From Candidatus Bathyarchaeota archaeon (GTDB taxonomy: Archaea > Thermoproteota > Bathyarchaeia > Bathyarchaeales > Bathycorpusculaceae), in assembly GCA_963741295.1 (NCBI GenBank), contig CAVUHI010000001.1:18275-82274 (forward strand): DNA of 64,000 bases, read 5' to 3'. Made by a program: the position numbers and the translations under genes. Shown here in pieces: positions 10,713 through 22,100 of the stretch (positions within the stretch are counted from its first letter, which is position 1; each line of letters starts with the position of its first letter). The notes beneath the pieces are model-generated. The model had not been told where the DNA came from and made no database searches. It saw only the letters and a program-made list of their open reading frames with translations.

Positions 10713-11684
10713 ATGTTTACGCTTAACCCCTCATTGCTCTTGGATTCCGTCTTGATTTTTGCCTTAGCTTTCTTGATTGACATGGTCTTCGGTGAATACC
10801 CTGACAGGATTCACCCGACAATCGGCATAGGCAAACTCATTACCTATCTAAAACCCAAAACAAGACATCCAAATTCACGAGTTGAGAAAGCAAACGGCGT
10901 CTTAATGGCGCTAATAATCATGCTCATAGTTGCGCTTCCAGTTTTTCTGTTGCTGTTCTGGCTAAGAACATTGCCCTATGGCGAAATATTCTACATAATC
11001 GTCGGCGCAATTTTGTTCAAAGCCACATTTGCCATCCGAGGCATGGGGCAATATACCCTTCCCATCGCAAAAGCACTCAAACAAAATGATTTGGCCGAGG
11101 CACGAAGATGGTTACCCTACATCGTTAGGCGTGACCCAAACAGCCTTAATGAGCGACAGATTATTTCTGCAGCAGTAGAATCAATCGCCGAAAGCACTAC
11201 TGACGGCATAACGGCACCTTTCTTCTTTTACGCGTTGTTCGGGGTTCCAGGAGCTTTTGCCTATCGAGTAATTAACACTTTAGATTCGATGGTTGGCTAC
11301 AAGAACGCAGAATTCAGAAACATCGGCTGGTTCTCCGCAAAAATGGATACAATAACCAACTATATTCCCGCACGTGTTACAGCTTATTTGATGGTTGCCG
11401 CAGCATTTGTTCTGCGTCAAGATTGGCGAGAATCATATCGCATTCTGCAACGCGACAAACACAAAACCGCAAGCCCAAACGCAGGCTTCACAATCTCCGC
11501 AATGGCAGGAGCCCTAAACACCCAGCTTGAAAAACAAGGTTACTACACGTTGGGGGATGACCATGGAATTTCACATGAACACATTACGAAGGCTCTACGG
11601 ATTATGACTGTGACCGCTGCCCTATTCGGCTTGGTTGTGGTTGTGCCTTTTTTGGCTTTGAGAATTTACTTCTTCGGGCTTTGA
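10713..11684 (+). CDS. cbiB: adenosylcobinamide-phosphate synthase
   Basis: HPTIGIG, ESIAES, YRVINTLDSMVGY and SPNAG. Confidence 0.93.
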   Translation: MFTLNPSLLLDSVLIFALAFLIDMVFGEYPDRIHPTIGIGKLITYLKPKTRHPNSRVEKANGVLMALIIMLIVALPVFLLLFWLRTLPYGEIFYIIVGAILFKATFAIRGMGQYTLPIAKALKQNDLAEARRWLPYIVRRDPNSLNERQIISAAVESIAESTTDGITAPFFFYALFGVPGAFAYRVINTLDSMVGYKNAEFRNIGWFSAKMDTITNYIPARVTAYLMVAAAFVLRQDWRESYRILQRDKHKTASPNAGFTISAMAGALNTQLEKQGYYTLGDDHGISHEHITKALRIMTVTAALFGLVVVVPFLALRIYFFGL

Positions 11685-11884
11685 TTTCTCCGGATTTCAA
11701 ATAGGAGTTCATCAAGTAATCTATAAAGAGTAGATCGTATCGGTGTTTTCAGCACTCATTAGCACGTTAGAAAAAGATCAACTTTGTCCAAGGAAAAAGA
11801 CATAACAGAAAACATGCAAAAACGCTTTAAAACAAGCCAGACTAACTAACACATCATAAAGGGGAGTTTGGGAGCCTTGCCAGT

Positions 11885-13087
11885 TTGAAGCCGTTTAGCT
11901 TTGTCCACGCCGCAGACTTGCATTTGGGGTATTCGCAATATGGCTTAGAAGCGCGAAGGCAAGACTTCGACAACGCATTCAAAGAACTCGTCGACAAAAC
12001 AATTGAACTCAAACCTGACTTTATGATAATCGCCGGTGACCTTTTTCACCAGGCAAGACCATCCAACCACACCCTCGAGAACACCATACGGAGCTTCAAA
12101 CGGCTCAAAGATGCAGGCATCACTGTTCTAACGGTTGATGGATCACATGATTCCGCCCCAAACACCATAACAAGCACCATCCTCTATCCACTTGACAGCG
12201 CAGGCTTAATTATCCATCTGCCTAGGCATCAAGGTGCATGCTGGAGCAAGCCGGATTGCTGCTACGTCTATGGCATCCCCACCTACCATAACAGGCATAA
12301 AACGCAAGAGGCGCTGCCAAAGTTCATGGAGGAAAACCAGCCAACCCCCAAAGCAGGAGTAGCCAACATCTTTGTTTTTCATGGTGCTTTGGATATACCG
12401 AGCCTCAAGGGTCCTTTTGAAGCAGAAATCTTGCCTGAGGAGTTGCCAAGCGGTTTTTGCTATTACGCTGCTGGGCATGTACATGAAAGATACCTTGGCA
12501 AGTTTAAGGAAGGGATTTTGGTTTACAGCGGCTGCACGGAAACGGTTAGTTACGGCGAAGCCAAGTACCCGAAAGGCTTCTACCACGTGAAGGTAGACGA
12601 GAAGGGCCAGGTTCAACCTGAATTAATTGAGTTGTGTTCACCGCGCAGATTCGTCATCATCGAGCAAGATTTCTCAGGAATGTCCTCAGCTAAAATCACC
12701 GAATTAGCCACTCAATTGGTAAAAGATGCAGAAGCTGAGGGCGCAGTGATAATTCCAGTTCTCAAAGGAACACTACCACCTGAAGCAAGCCGCACAGAAA
12801 TCGACATATCAAAAATTCGAAATGCAGCTTCAAAAGCCCTTCTTGTTCACCCAATTGTTCTGCTTAAGGAAACGGCGGTTGCAGATGAAATCGTACGTTC
12901 CATCTTCGAAAGCGGCTTCAAAGACTTGAAAACAAAGGGCTTTGAGTATTTTGTTGAAATCTTTTCGGCACGTTACGGCAAAGAGGAAGCTGAAAGAATT
13001 GCCAAAGCCGCCCTGGGCTTAATTGAGCCTTTAACCCGCAAACAAGACGATAAAGTCAAGCAAACCATCGAGGAGCTGACGAAATGA
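11885..13087 (+). CDS. mre11: DNA double-strand break repair nuclease Mre11
   Basis: ADLHLG, GDLFH, GSHD and GHVH phosphoesterase motifs; overlaps rad50. Confidence 0.93.
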   Translation: MKPFSFVHAADLHLGYSQYGLEARRQDFDNAFKELVDKTIELKPDFMIIAGDLFHQARPSNHTLENTIRSFKRLKDAGITVLTVDGSHDSAPNTITSTILYPLDSAGLIIHLPRHQGACWSKPDCCYVYGIPTYHNRHKTQEALPKFMEENQPTPKAGVANIFVFHGALDIPSLKGPFEAEILPEELPSGFCYYAAGHVHERYLGKFKEGILVYSGCTETVSYGEAKYPKGFYHVKVDEKGQVQPELIELCSPRRFVIIEQDFSGMSSAKITELATQLVKDAEAEGAVIIPVLKGTLPPEASRTEIDISKIRNAASKALLVHPIVLLKETAVADEIVRSIFESGFKDLKTKGFEYFVEIFSARYGKEEAERIAKAALGLIEPLTRKQDDKVKQTIEELTK

Positions 13088-15171
13088 AGATTGAGATTGT
13101 TCAGCTTGAGAACATTCGCAGTCACGTTAAATCCACTGTGCCCTTCACGCATGGATTTAACTGTGTAGTTGGCGGTGTAGGCTGCGGTAAATCCAGCGTC
13201 ATGTACGCAGTGGATTTCGCCTTGTTTGGGGATTCGATTGGCAGAAGTTTTGAGTATTTGCTCCGGGAAGGTTCTGACTATGCCAAGGTTACAATGCAGT
13301 TCACCCACAATGGCAGCACATACAAACTTACTAGGGGATTAAAGAGGAAGGGCAAAAGCATCAACCAAGACTTTGAAGCCCTCAAACTCTATGAGGACGA
13401 AAAACTCGTGGCAAGCATGAAAACCGACGCTATCGCTGAACAATTAAAAGCCATCACGGGTTTGGATAAAGACCTTTACCGGGAAATCGTCTGGTTTAGG
13501 CAAGAGCACCTCAAAGAGCTGTTGGATTCTGCACCGCGTGAGAGACAAAGGCGCCTCGATGACTTGTTCGGTCTGTCAGATTACGAAGTGGCGTGGAGCA
13601 ATATAGCCCAGTACCAACGTGACTACGACACTGAGAAGCGGGTTTATGAGAAAGACCCTGACGTTATGGGCTTAGAAAAACTCAGCAACGACTACAACAG
13701 GGCAAGCGAAGAATTTACTTTTTTAGAGATGGATTTAGAGACAGCAACTCAGAAGCTGGCAGTTGCCAAAAGAGCGTTGGACGAAGCAAATGCTGAACTC
13801 AAGCAGCTTGAAGAGAAGAAACTCGCGGTAGAAGAGCTTAAGCGCAAAGAAGCACGTCTAAACGCAAACATAACCAACATGACAACAACGTTGGCTTCTC
13901 TCAATCAACGCTTAGAAGACAAAAAAACAATCGTGGATAACTTGCAGCAGCGCAAAAGCTCGCTGGATTCTCAGAAGAAGCTGTGTATAGTTAAGCTTGA
14001 GCAAGCAGGATTACCCGTCAATCAGCCTATGGAACAGTTGGGTTCTTGTTTAGCAGGATTTGATGATAAAATCAGCAGTTTGAAAGCTGAGCAGGAAGCC
14101 ACTTCCAGAAGTATGCAGACAGACCAGAAACGAGTGGGGCAGTTGTCGCAGGAAGATATGTGTCCGCTTTGCATTCAGCCCTTAACTGGGGAATACAAGA
14201 CAGGGCTACTGCAAAGGATAAAGCAGGAAAACATTGAACGGGAAAAAACGATTAACCATCTTCGACTTGAAGTTGTAACTTTACAGAAAACCAAATCCAC
14301 AGCGTCAGAGGCATTTTCGAGTTTGCAAACCTGCATCGCTCGCGATACAGATTTGAATTCAAGGTTAGGGGAAGAAGAAAACAACCTTGCCAGCCTCATA
14401 TCTGAATTGGCTGAGAAACAGAAGATTGAAGTGGATTTGCAGTCGCAGTTAGAGGCTGTGCAGTTTGAAATTGGCAAATTCAACCTTTCTGACGTTGAAG
14501 AAGCCCGTGCTCGGAGAGAACATGCACTCAAGCATTGTTATGCAATAGAATCAGATTTGCGAACCAAGGAGAACCGCAAAAAAGACATCGCCCAACGTTT
14601 AGACGACACAAAAGAACGCATAAACCTTGCCCAAGAAAAAATGGAGCGCATGGAGAAAATCCGCAAAACAGTCGAAATGCTCGGTGCAATCCGCGACGCC
14701 TACCGCAGCATCCAGCCGAAACTGAGAAGCGAGTTTGTTAAGGTTCTGCGCAATTTTGTTCAGCAAGTGCTTGATAGCTTAGTTTGCGGCGAAACCCCAA
14801 TGCTTAACGTAATTATCGACGAGACTTACACGCCGTATGTGAAGAGCGAAACTGGTGTGGACCGCGAAGTCTGTAACCTCTCAGGCGGAGAACGTACGCT
14901 TTTGGCGTTTGCCTATCGTCTAGGCTTGGGGCAACTGATTATGCAGTCGAGGACGGGTCATGGTTTGAGTTTGCTAATGCTTGATGAACCTACCGAGAAT
15001 TTGGGAAGTGAAGATGGCAGCATTGAGCGTTTAGCTGAAGCGATTAGCCGATTCAAAGCTATCGAACAAATAATCGCTGTCACCCACAGTGAAGCATTTG
15101 CGGCAAAAGCTGACCATGTTATTACTCTTGAAAAAGAGTCTGGAGTCAGCAGAATTTCAATCGAAAGATAA
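13084..15171 (+). CDS. rad50: Rad50 SMC-like ATPase
   Basis: Walker A GCGKSS, coiled coils, CPLC zinc hook, LSGGE and LDEPT. Confidence 0.93.
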   Translation: MKIEIVQLENIRSHVKSTVPFTHGFNCVVGGVGCGKSSVMYAVDFALFGDSIGRSFEYLLREGSDYAKVTMQFTHNGSTYKLTRGLKRKGKSINQDFEALKLYEDEKLVASMKTDAIAEQLKAITGLDKDLYREIVWFRQEHLKELLDSAPRERQRRLDDLFGLSDYEVAWSNIAQYQRDYDTEKRVYEKDPDVMGLEKLSNDYNRASEEFTFLEMDLETATQKLAVAKRALDEANAELKQLEEKKLAVEELKRKEARLNANITNMTTTLASLNQRLEDKKTIVDNLQQRKSSLDSQKKLCIVKLEQAGLPVNQPMEQLGSCLAGFDDKISSLKAEQEATSRSMQTDQKRVGQLSQEDMCPLCIQPLTGEYKTGLLQRIKQENIEREKTINHLRLEVVTLQKTKSTASEAFSSLQTCIARDTDLNSRLGEEENNLASLISELAEKQKIEVDLQSQLEAVQFEIGKFNLSDVEEARARREHALKHCYAIESDLRTKENRKKDIAQRLDDTKERINLAQEKMERMEKIRKTVEMLGAIRDAYRSIQPKLRSEFVKVLRNFVQQVLDSLVCGETPMLNVIIDETYTPYVKSETGVDREVCNLSGGERTLLAFAYRLGLGQLIMQSRTGHGLSLLMLDEPTENLGSEDGSIERLAEAISRFKAIEQIIAVTHSEAFAAKADHVITLEKESGVSRISIER

Positions 15172-15269
15172 TGTTTTTCATGTATCATTTTTAGGCGGTT
15201 TAGCGCTTTCTGGACAAACCTTATATCTAATTTCAATCCAAAGAGAAACCAGAAAAAATCGGTGATTCA

Positions 15270-15803
15270 ATGAATAAAAAAACTATGTATCTTATCGTTG
15301 CGGTTTTAGTGATTGTGATTATAGTTGCAGGCGCAGCTGCCTATGTTTTGATGAATAATGGAGGCGGCGGAACGACAAATCCGACAACTACACCCTCACC
15401 AACACCTGCCCCATCTGTTGTGGGCGCGAGTACATTGCAATTCAAAGTTAACGAAACCACCAGTGGACAACTAGTAAGTTACAACTTTGCAGCTAAAAAC
15501 GTAAACACTACAACGGAAGTGCTGAGAATGGACATATTGGGCGGCAGTGCAGGCAATTACAGCTACATTGTAAACCTTGGTACTCAAAAATCCGACTTCA
15601 AGATTAATGATGGCGCATGGACTACAAGTAACTTCAATACTGATTCGTCTTATATTGTAGCGTTTGCTGACTACCAAACTGCCCTAATCAACTGGACTGG
15701 CCAAACAAGTTATTCATACTCTGCCCCAAGCGGTGCATCGATCGTCATCTACGATATCCAAGTGAACCCTACACTCAGCGACTCGCTTTTTGCAACCAGT
15801 TAA
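15270..15803 (+). CDS. N-terminally membrane-anchored extracellular hypothetical protein
   Basis: Basic N-terminus, TM helix and Pro/Thr linker; GGTGA RBS. Confidence 0.75.
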   Translation: MNKKTMYLIVAVLVIVIIVAGAAAYVLMNNGGGGTTNPTTTPSPTPAPSVVGASTLQFKVNETTSGQLVSYNFAAKNVNTTTEVLRMDILGGSAGNYSYIVNLGTQKSDFKINDGAWTTSNFNTDSSYIVAFADYQTALINWTGQTSYSYSAPSGASIVIYDIQVNPTLSDSLFATS

Positions 15804-15966
15804 ATTAACCGCATAAATGTTGGTCTATCCCCAACACATTCCCTTTTTTTGATTTTTGCCAAAGTAAACGATAAGTTTTCTGTTTGTATGGTTCTAATGC
15901 AGTTTCTGGAAATGTGGGTGAATAATGGTTTGACTAACTTGAGTTCGTATTCAACCCTGAAAGTCG

Positions 15967-16662
15967 CTAAATTAAAGCATACACGATAATGACTATACCA
16001 AATACGATGCTTGCGGAACCTGTGAGAGCTTGAATTATCTTGTGCACTCGCTCAAGGTTCGATGATGTGTACGCCATAACGGACCCCACTAAACAAGCAA
16101 TACCCATCATGCCCAAGATTACGCCGACGCCGAAGAGAAGAATAAAGACCGCTCCAACCTCAACTGAATTAACCGTTGAGAGGGTTACTAACATTAGGGC
16201 GGCGCTACCTCCTAATCCCTGCACAGCACCTGTGAGGGCTGATTTGTGCAGATGAGAGTGCCCGTGGTTATCGTTGGTGTGGTCGTGTGGATGTGTATTC
16301 GGATGCGTGTGTGGGTGGGTATGGCTGTGTTCATGGATAATCTGGTTAGAGCGAACTCGTTGGATAATTAACGGTCTAAGGACCAATGTACCCAGAATTA
16401 TAAGCAGAACTCCGGCTGCCACGTCGAAAATTTTAAGGACCGTTGGATGAATAACGACGCTGAAGGCAAGCACCAGCAACCCAACTACCAATAGTACCGC
16501 CGAGTGCCCAATTCCCCAGACTGTGGCGGAGGTGATGGATTTGCGTAGGCTTTTGTTGTTGCATAAGAGGGTGGATACTGCGACAACATGGTCCGGGTCA
16601 AGGGAATGTGCTAAGCCTAACCCAATGGCTGTTAGAAGAATAAAGATTATCGACAGATCCAT
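15967..16662 (-). CDS. UreH/NiCoT-like nickel/cobalt permease
   Basis: HSLDPDHVVAV, WGIGHS and a His-rich loop. Confidence 0.85.
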   Translation of the reverse strand: MDLSIIFILLTAIGLGLAHSLDPDHVVAVSTLLCNNKSLRKSITSATVWGIGHSAVLLVVGLLVLAFSVVIHPTVLKIFDVAAGVLLIILGTLVLRPLIIQRVRSNQIIHEHSHTHPHTHPNTHPHDHTNDNHGHSHLHKSALTGAVQGLGGSAALMLVTLSTVNSVEVGAVFILLFGVGVILGMMGIACLVGSVMAYTSSNLERVHKIIQALTGSASIVFGIVIIVYALI

Positions 16663-16728
16663 AGCTCCGCATACTATTTGATGAAATAGTAATACCTTTC
16701 GATACTAAAATGAAAAACTACCTAACAA

Positions 16729-17832
16729 TCAGGAGTGACCAACGCGAGCTTTCTCGAAAACCGCCCGCAAAACACATTTTGTATAGGGACCTAATTGCGC
16801 TTCATCTTCAGGCTTTCCTTTGTTCAAGACAAATTCGGCAGGATCAAGCGAGGAGCATTTCGTCGCCGACAGAACAATCTCTTGAAACGAAAGCTGATTC
16901 ACCGCGTCAGCGGCTTTTTTAGGAAGCAACCCTTTCGCTAAATCTTCATCAAGCCTCAAAGCAGCAAGCACAAGTAAAGCAACCTTTCTATCACTCAGAA
17001 TCGATTCAAGCTGTTTTTTTAGTTTCTCGTATTCGGGGCTTTTACTCGTTACCTTTCCATCACTGACCTGAGACACAATAGTTTCAAGTGACAAACATCT
17101 ATCGGCCAACCTATCAACAAGCGGTCGATTCGGCGCAATATCCTCCTGTTTGAAAATAGCAGTCTTCACGCCCTCCCTAACAGATTTCCCAATCAACTCA
17201 CCAATAAGTGTGAAGGTTCCAGCGTACTGTATGGGTTCTCCTTTTTTGGTACAAGCTACTGCGACACTATCTGTCAATGTTCCAGTTGCAAGGTCGCCTG
17301 AGAACCTACTTCTAATATCTAACTCTCGAATAGCCACTGTTTTTGCTTCAGTGACAGTTTTTACTACTTCGACCATGCTGCCGTCAGTTAAATTTCCATC
17401 AACAACAACTATGATGTTTATGGTGCCGATTTTTTGGAGTTGACTTTTTGAAGCGGCGGGTTCGCCGGCCGTAACTGCAACGGTTGCGCCAGCTGTTACA
17501 AAAATCGCTAAAGTCGCATCATCATATTTTTTAGTCGATGCCACGACATTCTTCATTTTGGCAGCGGTCATCAATCCAACGATTTGGTCCTTTGGAAGTT
17601 GCAACTGGTTTGCAGTGTTGATTAGAAAGTTTTCTGGACCCATCCAATGCATGTCGTGCATGTCTTTGCCGGAGCCTTCGGGGACCTGAACGTTAATTAT
17701 TCCACTTGCCCCAACCAAACCGCCATTCAAAAGAGCGGAACTGAGAACCCTGAGCGGTTTTTTTGACCATATAATTAAAGTTTGGTTTTTGACTTCAGCA
17801 GTTATGTTCGCGATTCCTGTATCCAATTTCAT
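16729..17832 (-). CDS. cbiZ: adenosylcobinamide amidohydrolase with C-terminal extension
   Basis: LSSALLNGG, GLMTAA, GTINI, TEAK and ATGTLTDS. Confidence 0.9.
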   Translation of the reverse strand: MKLDTGIANITAEVKNQTLIIWSKKPLRVLSSALLNGGLVGASGIINVQVPEGSGKDMHDMHWMGPENFLINTANQLQLPKDQIVGLMTAAKMKNVVASTKKYDDATLAIFVTAGATVAVTAGEPAASKSQLQKIGTINIIVVVDGNLTDGSMVEVVKTVTEAKTVAIRELDIRSRFSGDLATGTLTDSVAVACTKKGEPIQYAGTFTLIGELIGKSVREGVKTAIFKQEDIAPNRPLVDRLADRCLSLETIVSQVSDGKVTSKSPEYEKLKKQLESILSDRKVALLVLAALRLDEDLAKGLLPKKAADAVNQLSFQEIVLSATKCSSLDPAEFVLNKGKPEDEAQLGPYTKCVLRAVFEKARVGHS

Positions 17833-17897
17833 TGGGTAGCCAGCTTTTAATTTTGATGGAAGGTGAAGTTTTGATTATTTAAGGCTTAAGCTTAAGG

Positions 17898-18557
17898 TTA
17901 ATCTATTAAGAGCAAAGCGAAGGTTTCAGGATTCTTATCAAAAGGCAATGTGAATTTTATGCCCGCTTTTTCCGCCGTTGCTTTAACGTTAACTCCGACG
18001 CCCTCCTCAGAATATCGCTTCATCGTTGGATGGATGCAGACGCCTTTTTCCACATTGCACTTTTCACATAACTGACATGCCCCGGATACCAAGCCAGCAG
18101 CAAGTAAATATCCTTCTTTTGCAGCGGATTTTTCGAGGTCATGAACAATGTTGAGCAACTTCTTCATTTCGTCTTTCCAGCCAGACCAAAATTGCTCCAC
18201 TTTTACCTTCATCTCTGCTGGAATCGAGGGGTCATCAGCTTTAGATAGATACTTTATGAGTTCGGAATCTCCCTCGACTTGCGTTTTAAATTTCATAAAC
18301 ATGGCATAATGATATTCGTTGACGATTTTTCGGAATTCTTCAGGCGTTGGAGCGTGTGGGGGGCACGCGAGGGTTTTGCCGTATTTTTCGCATCCAAGTT
18401 GACATTTGAAAACTACACGGTCTTCGATGATGATTTTTTTTACTGGAATTATTTTTGTGTCTGCTGCGCCTAATTCATAAGCGCGTTTTTTTAGGAAATC
18501 AAATGATTCGCTCTTGTCGGCTTTTACCATTTTCATTTGCCTCTTAATTCTTTCCAA
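17898..18557 (-). CDS. DUF2284 metal-binding protein
   Basis: KCQLGC...CPP and GACQLCEKC...CIHP...GVNV. Confidence 0.88.
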   Translation of the reverse strand: MERIKRQMKMVKADKSESFDFLKKRAYELGAADTKIIPVKKIIIEDRVVFKCQLGCEKYGKTLACPPHAPTPEEFRKIVNEYHYAMFMKFKTQVEGDSELIKYLSKADDPSIPAEMKVKVEQFWSGWKDEMKKLLNIVHDLEKSAAKEGYLLAAGLVSGACQLCEKCNVEKGVCIHPTMKRYSEEGVGVNVKATAEKAGIKFTLPFDKNPETFALLLID

Positions 18558-19670
18558 ACGCGGCAGGTCGATAGACGCATGCGGGGTCTTGGTTTAAACT
18601 GTCCTTGCTAAAGATGTAAGCTCGAGCACGGCAACCGCCACAGATAATTTTGAATTCGCAGACGCCACATTTGCCTTTGAGGTTGTTGCGGTCTGCTAAC
18701 TGTCTTTAATTTTTCAGATTTTGGCATGCGGTCCATGATTTGCTGGATGCTGTCGGTTCGTATATTACCGAATTCCAAGCCTAATGGGGCGCAGGCGTAG
18801 GCTTTTCCATCCTCAAGAATTTCCAGCCACTCGCATTTTTTGAGGTTATCACACATACTACAGGTGCTTCTTAGCTCGCGTGTGGGTTCTTTCGTTTTTA
18901 GGATGCGGTTGTTGAACATTTCGTAGGGTACGATGAGGATTTTGTCTCCAACTTTTTTGTTGAGTTCGTAGATTTCGTTGAGTTGGTCTTCTCTTTGCTG
19001 TGCGTTGGTTCTAATGGTCCAAGAATTTTGAACTGATTTTCCACGTCGATTGGCTGCGGAATCAATGATGCAAGATGGAAACTTCGGGCACCCAACGTCA
19101 TTGCAAGTTTAACTAAGTCCGTGACTTGGTTGGCAACGTATTTGGTGTTAATGACACTTATGGCGAATGGAATACCGAATTCTCTGCATAAAGTAACAGC
19201 ATTAACGCTATCCTCAAAAGCTCCTTCCCCACGCAGTTTAGCATCAACTTCCTGAAGCCCCGCAAAACATATGATAGCCTTACAGTTTGCGTCAGCGAGC
19301 TCTTTTGCAATTTTAGCGGTAAAATGCCAACCAGTAACTTTCACATAAGGCGACAAATTCAATTCAGCGACTAGCGGATGATTTCTATGAAGTCTTCGCG
19401 CATCAGCGGCTCTCCCGTCCAGCCAGCGCCAGAAATGAAAAGGTTATCAACTCCAAAATCCGCGACTTTCTTTAGCATAGCCTTTGCTTCAGCTGTGGTT
19501 AATTCGTTAGGTAAGGGTTTTCCGTCACCAAGAGAAAAAGCGTGCTTAACAGGATAAGCTCGTGTGCATGACCAGATGAAATGGTCAAGTTTATTGCCAC
19601 GTTTCTCGGCTCCGAAAGGTTGTTTATCATTTTCTTTTGGATGCCAATTAAGTTGTCTCCTTTTGGTCAA
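18544..19670 (-). pseudogene. radical SAM/SPASM protein, disrupted
   Basis: ELTTAE, GEPLMREDF and C-terminal CxxC/CGGCRA/DPAC pieces. CxxxCxxC is degenerate; in-frame TAG at 19371-19373 plus frameshifts. Confidence 0.75.
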
Positions 19671-21001
19671 TAGTTTGGTGATTGGTTTAGGTTCTATCTT
19701 TGATGTGCCCTGGAATTTCCGTTTGTACGTTTCACAATTCCATCTTGGCATGGGTTGCGTTAACAAGTGTCGGCAGTTCGGAAGGGTGATTGATGAATAT
19801 GGCACCTGCTTTCTTTAGTTCCGCCATCAGGGCAGTTGCTTTTCCATCTGTGAAATCGCGACTTTCAATAGGCACTTCATCGATCACATAAGTTCTGATG
19901 CCCCGTTTAACAGCGTCAAGCGCCGTCTCCAAATTAGAGAGGTTACCATAACCAAACGGAACTGAAGTTACCACGATAATGGCAGCTTTATTTATCATTT
20001 CTAAAGTTTCTATTTAGATTGTTCAGTTATGGGTGAAAAAGGAGCCTCGCTTACCGTTGGAATTTTCAGAAGCTCAGTCGTCTCGTAGTCAGTGTCTAGC
20101 ATGTTGAGTACGCCAGCTGTCACTTCGTAGCCCTCATCCACCAGACGCCTTCATCACAACTGTTCCTGTTCCTGCTCCTGCAATCAGGTGAATGGCGCAG
20201 TTTCGTGGCGCAGAAGGCTTCTGAGGAGTACAGAGGAATGACAAAAAGAGAATTCGTGACCAGACTTTTCTTGACGATTGCGTCAACTGGAAAACAGTCT
20301 CTTATGTTTTCACTTGTCAAAACATTTTCCACAGGTCCAGCGGCAAAAATTTTTGCGCCTTTAAGAAGAAGATTGAGCTGCAATAGCGTGCTGCCAGGTT
20401 TAAGTCGTGAATAACTTCTAAAACAATCAAGCGTTCTTTGACGCATAATTCCTTAATAAGATCCATGATTTCAAGTTGGTTAATCATGTCCAAATGCGTC
20501 AGAGGTTCATCCAGCAACAGAACTTTTGGTTCTTGAGCTAATGCACGGGCGATGACTACACGTTGTTTTTCTCCACCGCTTAACTCGTTTATGGGTCTGT
20601 CCGCAAGATGCCAAGTGTTGGTTCGATTCATCGCTTTTCGACAATGGTCATGTCTGTTTCTGATTCCATTTGGAACCGCTTCATATGTGGGTTGCGACCC
20701 ATCAACACTATGTCAAGGCGCTAAAGCTAAAGCCTATGTTACTTTCTTGTGGGACAATGGCCATTTGTTTGGCTAAGATCTACGCTTTTCAAGCTATAAA
20801 TGTCGGATTTATCGAGAATGTATGGTTCCTTTGTAGGGTTTGAGGGTTCGGCTAATGCTTTTTAGCAGGGTTGTTTTTCCTGAACCGTTGGGTCCAATGA
20901 TACCTACGAAGTCGCCTTCGTTAACTGGTAAAGTTGACATTTTCCAGTATCTTCACTGAACCATAGCGGCATTCAACTCCATCCACGCTAAGTACTACCA
21001 T
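19668..21001 (-). pseudogene. btuD: cobalamin/Fe-siderophore ABC ATPase with C-terminal extension, multiply frameshifted
   Basis: [23 protein letters not shown] and HDLNLA spread over several frames. Confidence 0.8.
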
Positions 21002-21016
21002 GTTCCATCAGCCATC

Positions 21017-22100
21017 CTAAAGTGAGTAACTTGTTTTTCTTTTCCTAAGCAGATAGATAAAGAATGGGGTTCCAGCTAAAGCAGTTATGACTCCGACTGG
21101 CAGCTCTGATGCTCCAGTTGCAACACGAGCAAGAGAATCACAGAGAATTAGGAAAATGGCTCCAACAATTGCGGATGTAGGCAAGAAGAATTCGGTGATC
21201 AGGTCCAATGACAAGTCGTGTCATGTGAGGAATAATTAGCCCAACAAACCCGATGACTCCGCTGATTGATACAACGGCGCCTGTTATTAAAGAACTTATG
21301 AGCAGAAGAATTTGCCGCACCCTTTCAGTGTTAACGCCTAAATGTTGCGCTGTATCATCACCCATAGAGAGCATGTTAAGATCTTTAGTAAAGAAATATG
21401 CAAGAACAATCCCAATCAAGACAAATGGAAAAACAGCGTAAATGTCCAACCAAGTAATGTTTGAAAATCCACCTGCTATCCAAGCAACAATACCTATAAG
21501 AGCCTTACCAGAACGTAGCTCAAATACTGTTTGAAGTGCCAAAATGAATATGTTTACAACGATACCTGAGAGCAGAAGTGTAGTTATCGGCACCTTGTTT
21601 CCAACACGTGACATAAAGTAAACAAGGAAAACTGTTAAAACAGCACCTATGAAAGCAATTATCTGAAATATTCCAAGTCCAAGAAAAGTTAGGGCAAGGG
21701 AGCCAGCATAAATCGCAGTTAAAGTGTAGCCCAAAGATGCCCCAGCTGAAGCACCCAAAAGGTAGGAATCAGCCATCGGGTTTCTAAAGACGCCTTGGTA
21801 CATGACACCAGCGGCTGCTAAACCTGCTCCTACAATAGCACCTGCTAGAATTCGCGGGAGACGGATTTGGAGAATTATAGCTTGATTAACGGTTGACACT
21901 GATGAAGAGTTTATTGAGCCGTTAAGAAAAGGAATTTGCTTGCCCAATATTGTAAGAATATCTGAGAAATTGATCGGTGCATAACCTATGTTTAAACAAA
22001 GAATTATCGCAGCAATGAGCGCAACTATCAAAGCTAATAAGATCAGTTTCCATCTTGAAGGGCGCTTCGAATATTTACTCTCTACTTTGTCCGCCGTCAT
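21017..22100 (-). CDS. btuC: FecCD/BtuC ABC permease, frameshift near 21180
   Basis: [22 protein letters not shown] and ELPVGVIT. Confidence 0.88.

Noticed and set aside
13084..15171. Atypical Rad50 (short, GGVGCGKS Walker A, no herA/nurA adjacent)
   Set aside because: All functional motifs are present, and variation in coil length and operon linkage is common.
19371..19373. Pyrrolysine read-through of the in-frame TAG in the radical SAM gene
   Set aside because: The gene has other lesions and a degenerate cluster motif. No pyl genes are in the window.
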